A DNA stretch of 38,232 nucleotides, taken from positions 1 to 38,232 of the forward strand of contig KZ538968.1 of assembly GCA_000934665.2 (NCBI GenBank), in the 5' to 3' direction. Numbering within the stretch: the first letter of the stretch is position 1; each line of letters opens with the position of its first letter. Under the pieces are notes generated by a model. The model had not been told where the DNA came from, made no database searches, and worked only from the letters and a program-made list of their open reading frames with translations. This document shows positions 9,957-19,200 of this stretch, piece by piece. Made by a program: the position numbers and the translations under genes. Origin of the DNA: Catajapyx aquilonaris. Its lineage: Eukaryota.

Positions 9957-11915
9957 ATGTCACAGTCCTCAAGATATCAGAAAAGCAAGCTTGACCTCAC
10001 CCACAATGCAAACTATGAACCTGAAAACCGCCCTCCAAGCCGCTCTCCCTCCAAACAATCGAAACTTCGTCGCAGCCTGCCTAATCAATGGCGGAAAAGT
10101 TTTACAAGCGCCGAAAACATGCGTCTATTCCATTCGAGCACATACCGAGCGTTTTACAAGGCTGAAGAAACGCTTGTCAAGGTTAGAAGAGCTTTAGCTT
10201 CTTTAGAAATGGACCCCTCAGCCATAGAGTGTTCTGGGCGACAGAATCGTTCATCGCATGCAAACAAGATCATTAACAAGCTGGTTTGGTCGCCTCGCAC
10301 TCGCAGTCGTCTAACCCAGAAGGACCACTCCACTATAATAAGCCAAAGACAACTAAAAAATGTTCGTTTTCCGCCAATTAATGGCCAGGATAAAAATATT
10401 GCCAGCAAAGTGCAACGAACAGAAAGTGATCCTTGGCCTCTAAATCCAAACTGGAATACAAAACCTATGCTCAAACCAACAGAATGCAAGCCAACAATAC
10501 GCCCTACCGTAACCAGGACACCCGCTCCTTACAATGATTCGTTTATACCAACACTACGCGATAAGCCATTATTGAAGTGCCATCCCGAAGGTAAGCCGAT
10601 GAACTGTAGAGCTCCTGCCACGATATGCTCCCTGGAATCCAAAGGTAGGCGTGAAGGGTTCCTTGCGATCAAAAAGATGGAGTTGAAATGTCGCTTACCC
10701 CCGTATCCTTCAAACACAAGCGGCCTCGCCGTTACGTCACAGAGAGTGGAATCGCCGAACAGAGATCATGACTGCAAGGCTGGATCGTCTGTGTCCAGCA
10801 GTCCGACTGACCATCTGAGCACGTCAACCGCAGATTTGAACACCAGTAGTTTCAGCTGTGTATCTCCTACCAACTCGGACTCTGCACACACAGAAAAGTC
10901 GAAGGACGTGTCACCAGTGATGGACTCCGCCTTGAGGCCCGTATCTTCCGCCTCATCCAGGTCGGGCACGGGCGAACCATCTCTTTCCGACAAGAATCAG
11001 CCACCATGCTTGTTCAAATGCGGGACGAGTTTTATCAGTGCCGATGTGCGGTCCAATTCCGCAGGGAGACGAACAAGCCCCGCCGGGAAACGACCGAGTA
11101 CTGGCGGAGAACGACCGGGTACTGGCGGAGTACGACCGGGTACTGGCGGAGTACGACCGGGTACTGGCGGAGAACGACCGGGTACTCCTGAATTGTCTCC
11201 CCAGGTCACCTACATAGCTCGAAACCCACTTCACTACAGCCACATACCCATTAGTAGCAGTAAGACCAAAGTGGCGAAGAAGGTAAGAAGTCAGCATGAT
11301 AAGTTGCACAGCGCCAAGCGATCGTCTTCGACTGCTACGCAACAGTCGAAGGCAGATATGCAGATCCCAACGACAGCCTCAAAGACGATCTACGAGACCA
11401 GCAGTACCCGTGGGTCGTTTCGGTCCAGGAACGCGAGGATGATCCTGCCTCCAGAGTATGAGCATGCTATCTACCCAATTCCCCAATCAAACTCGCACTT
11501 CGTATGGCCCGTGGAGGTGAAGACCATTGGAAGATGCTCTGTGGAGGAGACCAAGGGAATATTCAAAAATAGGAGGCACGGGGACTTGGATTCTCTGCTG
11601 CATAGGTCCATTGCAAAGAGTATCACCTCAGGATATGCCGCTTCGACCTTCGGAATGAGCAGGAAATGTGGAGTACCCTTTCCACTACAGAAGCTCCAGA
11701 ATAAGACCAGTAAGGATTTCTGGAAGATAATTTTGGAACAGGATTCAACCTCTGAGGAGGAGGCGGGTGACAAGGCACCCAAGGTTCCGTACTATCTTTG
11801 CCGGAGTAGGGCCTTCAAGAAGCCCAACCAGGGTCATGGAAACCTTCTGCAGTTCAAGGCCGGTCCTACCAGTGGTCTCGTTGGAGACGTTTTGACAGAA
11901 CGGGGATGGCAGCGT
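9957..11915 (+). CDS. TTLL9: TTLL9-like large first coding exon (low-complexity extension plus start of the TTL core LLQFK...ERGWQR)
   Basis: 670-codon open frame bounded by ttttcacag acceptor (9939) and CGT|GTAAGT donor (11916). Confidence 0.85.
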
Positions 11916-13898
11916 GTAAGTCATACATATTTTGTGGAGTTATTACTTTAAATCAATCAGTAATCCAATCATTACTTTACACACTGCATTGATGCATGTG
12001 CTTTAGACTACGTTTACAAACGAAACGGATGACTGGAACATATTTTGGAGTGAATTCGAACATGTCAAAGAAATGTTCAAAAAGCACAAGTTTACTGAGG
12101 ACCAACGCGTACCCCACTTTGAGAATCACTTCGAAATTTCATTGAAGAACATGCTTATCAAGAATCTTAAACGGTACCAGTAAGTACTCTGAAAATTTGC
12201 AAGTAAAACTCGATTAATCGTGCTCGTACATTGCAATTATCTTTCCTCCTCCAGAATTTTACTGAAGAAGAACCGGCCCAAGCAGGTGGCTGAACAGTTT
12301 AACTTCTTTCCACTCACATTTGAACTTCCGGTAGTGTTATTATTTGCTTGTAATTCTTGTCAGCTGTAATGTAACATATAACTAACCGGTAATTATTGTT
12401 TCAGCAAGAGTATTGTATGTTCATGCAACATGCTAATGACATGAGTAATGCCTGGTGGATCTTGAAACCTTCAGGAGGAACCCAGGGAAGGGGCATTTGC
12501 ATATTTCAGAGGTATGCAAAAGAGCAATCACACATCTGGTTATTAGTGCATATTACTCATTGCTTATTTTTTTTGCTATATGCAGGCCAGAGGACCTGAA
12601 GTCCAACAATAAGGACTTCAGGTATTTATGCGGAGGTAAGGCGAAGACTCAACCTTCCCGATACTTTCAGCAGGAGAGCTTCGTCGTCCAGCGCTACATA
12701 GACGACCCGTACATTCTCTTCAAGCGCAAGTTTGATTTCCGCATATTTGTAATGGTTGAATCGGTCAGTTTTATCAGATGTAATGTGCAAGAATTTTGAA
12801 CATATTTTGTTGCACATTGTAAAGATTCACGGTCTATTAACAGTACAATCCACTGAAGATCTGGGTGTATCGAGAGGGATTTTGTCGCTTCACGGCTGTC
12901 GAATACGATGTTAACAGTCCTGATCCTTACGGTCACGTCACGAACACTGCGGTACAGAGAAGGAGGCCTGCTGAGTCTGGCAAGGTAAACTATATATCAG
13001 TCAGTTTAAGCTGAACTTGTAACGAAATCACAATTTTGACTGAAAAATCTTCTCGAAAATTAATGGGAAAAAAGCAGAAAGTGTTTGTTGTCCACGTGTT
13101 CTTTTTTCCTGCATGGAGCAATATTGATGTGAACGTTATTTCACTTCAGGGCTTCAAGAGACCAATTTCAGAAATTCGTCAGATGTTGACGGCGATTCAT
13201 GGCCATCGAGATGTGGATATATTAATGCACAAGATAGTAGCAGTTATTGTCAACAGCCTGATGAGCGTTCGAGCAATAATTACTCAAGTGAAGAATTGCT
13301 TCGGACTTTATGGATTTGACATTCTGGTTGACAAAAATTTGAAACCGTAAGACCACACCATCTGCGAATTACTTTCTTACTTTGAGGTTGTGACCGACGT
13401 GACTTTCTCTTTACAGGTGGCTTTTGGAAGTCAACTCAGGTCCCTCGCTCACAGCGACAGATCCTAGGGATCGCGAACTAAAGCAGAACATGCTGGATGA
13501 TTGTTTCAACATACTGGACTTGGAACATCGATTCAAGTACGTTCATATACCTATATACTGACCTAAAACTGCAACTGATTGAATGGACGACGCTAAATTT
13601 CTTCTTTTGTTTCAGTATCTCGAAAAAATGCAGACGTGTCGGAGGGTTCGATTTGGTCTGGAACAGTGGGCCGATACCGTGTATTTTGTCGACGGATGTC
13701 ATCAGAAATTGCACTCATGACACATTTTTTGTCCCTCCTACATGCCTAGGTGAGCATCTACTCTGACCTTAAAAAGTCGCATCCACTAAATGCACTACAC
13801 TTATTTCAGGGACTACAAATGATGATAGACGTCAACAGCTTGGGTGGCTCCTACGTAAGGCTGAAATAAAAGCGGAAAGGGCAAAGGGGAAGAGGTGA
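9957..13898 (+). CDS. TTLL9: TTLL9-like tubulin polyglutamylase with long N-terminal extension, about 1057 aa; join(9957-11915, 12007-12179, 12255-12330, 12405-12511, 12586-12763, 12844-12984, 13150-13346, 13417-13536, 13616-13749, 13810-13898)
   Basis: TTL ATP-grasp motifs in order: [91 protein letters not shown]. The C-terminal [13 protein letters not shown]...LG..ND.RRQQL resembles recalled TTLL9. All nine introns are GT-AG and in phase. The start codon is inferred (first in-frame ATG after the acceptor at 9939). Confidence 0.88.
11091..11186 (+). repeat. Coding 21-bp minisatellite, about 4.6 copies, encoding RP(S/G)TGG(E/V)
   Basis: Unit CGACCGGGTACTGGCGGAG(A/T)A starting at 11091, 11112, 11133, 11154 and 11175 (partial). 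Confidence 0.95.
12007..12179 (+). CDS. TTLL9: TTLL9-like exon ([16 protein letters not shown]...KNLKRY-Q)
   Basis: ctttag acceptor, CA|GTAAGT donor; not in the ORF track. Confidence 0.9.
12255..12330 (+). CDS. TTLL9: TTLL9-like exon ([25 protein letters not shown])
   Basis: ctccag acceptor, CCG|GTAGTG donor. Confidence 0.88.
12405..12511 (+). CDS. TTLL9: TTLL9-like exon (QEYCMF...[19 protein letters not shown])
   Basis: tttcag acceptor, AG|GTATGC donor; ATP-binding WILKP motif. Confidence 0.92.
12586..12763 (+). CDS. TTLL9: TTLL9-like exon (PEDLK...VQRYIDDPY...[12 protein letters not shown])
   Basis: tgcag acceptor, TCG|GTCAGT donor. Confidence 0.92.
12844..12984 (+). CDS. TTLL9: TTLL9-like exon ([16 protein letters not shown]...HVTNTAVQ...ESGK)
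   Basis: aacag acceptor, AAG|GTAAAC donor, 47 codons. Confidence 0.92.
13150..13346 (+). CDS. TTLL9: TTLL9-like exon (GFKRPISE...[17 protein letters not shown])
   Basis: cttcag acceptor, CC|GTAAGA donor. Confidence 0.92.
13417..13536 (+). CDS. TTLL9: TTLL9-like exon ([15 protein letters not shown]...ILDLEHRF-N)
   Basis: ttacag acceptor, AA|GTACGT donor; catalytic E-x-N motif. Confidence 0.92.
13616..13749 (+). CDS. TTLL9: TTLL9-like exon ([19 protein letters not shown]...PTCL-G)
   Basis: tttcag acceptor, G|GTGAGC donor. Confidence 0.9.
13810..13898 (+). CDS. TTLL9: TTLL9-like terminal exon ([28 protein letters not shown])
   Basis: tttcag acceptor, TGA stop at 13896-13898, AATAAA at 14056. 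Confidence 0.85.
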
Positions 13899-14055
13899 AA
13901 TACATATAGAGGAAAATGGGCATAATTTCTTTTGTCTACGCACAGCCCATCTAAATTTACACCATGCTTTACATGCCTCCGGATAATATATAAAGATAAC
14001 AAAACATGTGAACAATATAGGAATGATAATAACTATGGGCTTCAAAATGTCAACT

Positions 14056-14061
14056 AATAAA
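14056..14061 (+). terminator. Candidate polyadenylation signal of the TTLL9-like gene
   Basis: First AATAAA after the stop codon (about 160 nt), followed by TG-rich sequence. Confidence 0.5.
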
Positions 14062-14259
14062 ATGATATTGAAAAAATAGTTATGGTTGTAATCATTTTAT
14101 AGTACCTTCAGAGTCACACAGTAATTTCACCTTTCATTTGTGGGATTGATGGTGATGGGGCCAAGCATCGAAGCAACAAATATTATAATGCAATGAGCCT
14201 ACTGTGTTATGCAATTTTAATAATACGCAACCACTCAAAAATAGGCAAGCAAGATGTTC

Positions 14260-14265
14260 TTTATT
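14260..14265 (-). terminator. Candidate distal polyadenylation signal of cv-2
   Basis: AATAAA on the minus strand followed by a T/GT-rich tract, just short of the convergent TTLL9 3' end. Confidence 0.35.
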
Positions 14266-16102
14266 GCACTTTTTCTCAGCTGTATGTGGTAATCATTTCA
14301 CATTGGTGACTGCCATTTGTCAAGCCGGAATCAGTGAGACATAATTTGCCATTAACATGCTTACAACATTTCTGAGACATTAATTTTGCAGCACATCGAG
14401 AGTTTTGTTGACCTTTACCGATGACTTGAGAATATGGTGCATTTAAGTAGCCATGTCTGATTAACTGCTACCAACAGAGCAACAGAAGCAGGCCTGATAC
14501 ATTAAAACTATCTTATGAATGCTAACAAAAAATATAGAAGTCGACTAACCATGCATTTGCAATCAAATGCACAAAAAAAACTTGTAATCGTAAATATGTT
14601 GATGAGATCTACGAAGAATTTTTGGGTGACATACATTGCCTGAGACATGTAAAAGACAAATATTCTTGGAATATTAATATTTTGAAATGTTAACTATAGT
14701 CAGGAACAATAAAGGAAGATATAGATTTTCTAATTTTGAGATTCAAAGTGATTCCCAATATGAAATATTGGGAAATAAATATTTACGCATCTTGATGATC
14801 TACTGATATTACTACCACTACAATGTAATAATTTTCTTCGACATTTAATTATCATTATCGAGACGATTTTCTTATAACAGAAGATCGTCCTTTCCCTAAC
14901 CTTACTCAGACTTACATTACTACACATGTACTTGCAAAAAAATCCCAAACATCATAAATAATATTGCCAACATAGAATTAGCAACAATAATGTGTAACCA
15001 ATCCACATTTCAGATATTTTTACACTATTTCCCTTGCAATAATTATTGTACAAAATCTGATACTATAACATCACACAATATTATGCCAAAGTATTTTGTA
15101 ACTGGAACAGTAATAAAGCTAGTTGTTATAGCAGTAGTTACTGTTGGGAGAGTACATCACCTTGAAATCAATTATTAATGACTTGAACAGTTAGATAAAA
15201 GAAAACTATAGTCTCGCATTAGGTGTGGGTACCACTCTATTTAGAGCTGCACACAGTGCTAGCCTGCAGGCAATTAAAATTAAAGATACCTGCATCGTCC
15301 GCATATTTCTCCAAACATTCATAATCCTGACAAACGTTATACAGCATACCAAAACATAAATAGTCATTAACGAATTATCAGTTAAAAACAAGTAAATGCG
15401 AGAGTAATGCAAAATGACAACTACATTTCGACATTGACAGTGATGGTGTATAATAACATTAGGTTACCTGCGACAAGAGGATAAAACATGTTGCGTGACA
15501 ACAACCTATAACAGTCAAGAATAGCTACTCTTCACTGGACTGGGTATTAGTTCTAAGAACAACCACATAGATCTCAGCTTCAGTTTGAGAGAGATATTGG
15601 TCGCACGCAGCACATAGAGGATATACAGCGTATAGAGGGGATCACATTCACAAGGTGATTCACAACGTCCATCACTACAATCGTTGAAATATCGGACAAT
15701 TTTGCTTTTTTTGTCACATTTTTGGCAAGAACTCTTACACTTTGGGGTCAGTTTCTTTTCAGAAGGCGCAGAGTTTGTGGATGTTCTGGTGCGCCGGAGC
15801 TATAGTATGATCTCCACGTCTATTGTTATTATTTTCTTCTTTAGTGTTCTTCTCTTGCATTGAAAGCACAGCCCGAAAGGAGGAAATTGCGTCACCTGAG
15901 CTGTGGAGCTAATCCTGCTCGTTCAACACTTTGGCAACTTTTGATCACTGTTTATTCACACCAGCATAAGCAGGAAAAGTAATGTTGACATTGAGTTTCC
16001 CACACTAAAAAACAGAAAATATAGCATGCTTAATTTATTCATGCTGGATAATTCGACTATAGATCTATAGAAGAAATAAAATCATGACTTACACTGGCGC
16101 TT

Positions 16103-16262
16103 TTACGAGAGGGGTGTTCTTGAGGGGTGTCCCAGACACCCTGTCGCATTACGCCATTCTAAATGGACCCCTTCTCTTTGGCATTCGTGAGCGTAGGCCA
16201 TGAAGGCCTCACAATGGCACTGCCTATGAGGTGGGCACTCGCACATGTCCAGTAAGCAAGAC
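16103..16262 (-). CDS. cv-2: cv-2 last coding exon, C8 domain end (SCLLDMCEC...TPLS*)
   Basis: gaacag acceptor, TAA stop at 16105-16103. Confidence 0.88.
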
Positions 16263-19200
16263 CTGTTCACACACACGAACAAACACGTTACCAAAAAGCA
16301 TCGCAACAACAGGTATCTCACATATGAACCTACTCACTTGAAGAATCGCACATGATTGACCTTCCGATGGCATGCCTGGAAAGCAGGGCCCTTGATAGGC
16401 TCGCACTTCCGGCCCGTATGTCTGCGGACTTCCCACCGGCTTTCACAGGCAGACCTGTGCACCGATGAGACCAGGGCGGCCTCGGGGCGGGAGCAGGCCC
16501 GACGTCCCCCGACCCTCCAGGCCTTCCCGAAGGAGGCAGCGTTGGACACCGCCTTGCCTCGTCTCGTCCTGAAGTCGTCCTTGCCCACCGAGTTGTAATT
16601 TCCGCACAGACCACAAAGCCTTCTTTTGAACTTGGGCGGTACCGACACCTCTAGGAAGCTCTCGCCGTCCCACACCAACTTCACACCTGGGAATAAGGAA
16701 AGATGCTGTAGCATTTGGAATATCCTGAGACATATGCAACTCTAGCAGTGTGAGGTGAGTTGCCTACATGGCAGGATATCTGTACTTCGTGCAGGGAATT
16801 CCACCCAGTTTTTTGTGACGTAGTTTATAATCTACGTGCTAGTGATAGCAAATGTTTTTTTTTGCGTCTAAAGTGCTTTCTATGAGGTGTGATAATAGGA
16901 ATTTGTGATTTCTTTGCCATAGTAGGAACTTGGAATGTTTGTAAAATTATTGTTATCTAAACTGATTTGGCAAGAAATGGAGGCGTAGCGTCCTTGCGTG
17001 GTTGCAGCAATACCTATTAGATTAGACCAGGTCAGGATATATTAGTTTTTTTTTCAAATTATTTTTTGTGACAAGGCGGAGTTCTGATTTCCTGGTCCGA
17101 AGAACGCGCTCCACCCCTTTCGACAACACTATAGCTGAATTCCCGAGCTTGTTCCAATGTGAGAAGAATATAAATTAGACTTGCGTCTAGAATTAGGAAC
17201 ACTGTATAGGGCTTGTCTAGCCAAAGATAGCAGTGGTTGTTTGGCCGCTATTATGGTAATAACTTGTTGAATCCTCCTCAGCGATTGGTTAAAATGGTCA
17301 GTCACTATACGAAATCTTGAGCTAGACAATAAGGTAGGACAGTGAAACCTATACTGGCAGCACTTGTTTTACGACAGTTCATTTTACAACGCGAGATCTT
17401 CAAAATTACCCGACAAAAACATTGCAAAAAAATTTTTTAAATGAAAAGAACAAAACAAATCGGGAGAGTAACACAGAGCTGCAAGACCTGTGAGTATAGT
17501 GGTTGCAGATTTTCAGAATTTGCGAGTATAGTGGTAAACGAGTTTCCGCTACATCCATAGGCAAGTTTCAAAATTGTCAGAATAATCACCTGCCTACAAA
17601 ATCAAGAATAGTTTAAATACATGCAATAAGATACGCTTAAAATAAGCACATGCAGCCGTTAGAGCTGTAATATTTGTCTGCATGGTCATCACAACAGCAT
17701 TCCTCTCTAGGCATCACATATTTTAGCGAAAGCCTATACATATACTCAGCTTACCTATCTTGGACTTGATCACCACAACATAGCCATCCTTCACAATGGA
17801 CAAATGTTGCCCCACTTTGTATGGCAGCTGGACCCGTTTGTTATTCACTTTCACGCGCATTCTTTGTCCCAGTGTCACCTTAATATTGTACAGCTGCAAT
17901 GAAACACAATTTACGATTACTCTTGATCATGTCTTACATATTAGTAGTGTAACGACATAGCCATCTGAACAAACATGACAAAATAAATAGCCTCTCGACT
18001 CTTGCTAGCTGAAGAGGAAGGTGTAAAAACAAACACATTGGGTTGGGTTACACTTTCAGCCGCTACAAAGGCTCCTTATTATCACTTCCGTAAAAAGCAG
18101 CATCATCATCAGCACCATCATCGTCAGCATCGCAGGAATCTCGCCAACAAAAAGGGAACCGGTTAGACCCTCTCTCTTTTTTCCTCTCTTTCTCTCTCCC
18201 TCCCCTCTCACACTCTGCTTGACCATCATTCACAGCGAAGCCACTTCCAGATGACTGCCTACATACTTTATATCACAAACCACCACATAAGATTTTACAA
18301 TGCTGCAAGTTAAATTAAATGATAGGCCCGCGAGCACACAGCAATAATTTGGTATTCGTGACCTGTTAGTACCAGTCAAATATCTCAATTTCAGGAAGAG
18401 ACGAGTAAGTTGTAGGATACTTAATGTCATTGTTTTCTATGAGGCATGCATATATACCAGCTTTCAGGGGTCGTACATTTAAAATTTTAGTCCGGTAATA
18501 TAAGCCTTTTATGATTTTCAGGTGTCTTTTGGAAGCTAAATTGTCTAGCATTGCTACCACATCCATCCCATTTTTTCAGTTTGTAGCCTATAAAACGCCT
18601 TCATAGGGCCTATAAATTCACTACTTTATGGTCCCAATGGGGCTGTATAACCGCAGCTCAACAATTCGCTTGCTGGGTTAAATATTAAGCCGCGGTTCAC
18701 TCGCAAGTCACGTGAAAAAGACCGCCTTTAAAAAACACTACCGGAAACAAGTTTTTCAGCACCCTGTTGTATCAGCCACTTATATCTATACCACGTACAG
18801 ATTTGCAACACGTATCGTACCTTGAAAGTGACAGCTTTGGTCCAGGAGAAGAATCGGCTGGATCTGGCATCGTTACGAACACGCACCGAGAAGGTCCTTT
18901 TTTTGCAGTCAGCCGCCAGTAAATATTTGCACGTCCCTTGGAACGTGAACGTGCGTCCATCGAAGGTTTTGTAATGCGGGTCTCCAAACACCGTACACAC
19001 CGCATCGTCTGGAGAGAGAGAGAGGGAGAGAAAAAGCATGCATTGACATACTATATATTGGATGGACCATCCTGACCCAAACCCAAATTCTGGTTATGAC
19101 CTGTACTGCATATGATGCTTACCTTCGACACATTTAGGACAACAATCTCCGTTCTGCTTGATGGGCCTGAATCCGGGCTTGCATTTCCTCCTGGGGTTAC

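Noticed and set aside
11091..11186. CRISPR-like or regulatory repeat array
   Set aside because: Head-to-tail 21-bp units without spacers, inside a eukaryotic coding exon.
10154..11782. Antisense ORFs over the large TTLL9 exon
   Set aside because: Shadows of the coding strand and its in-frame repeat.
14260..15650. Brd-box (15114-15120), K-box-like and miR-92-type seed matches in the presumed cv-2 3' UTR
   Set aside because: 6-8 nt matches are expected by chance in 1.5 kb of AT-rich DNA; no conservation data.
17300..17535. Short CACTATAC/GTATAGTG inverted motifs
   Set aside because: Too short and degenerate to define an element by eye.
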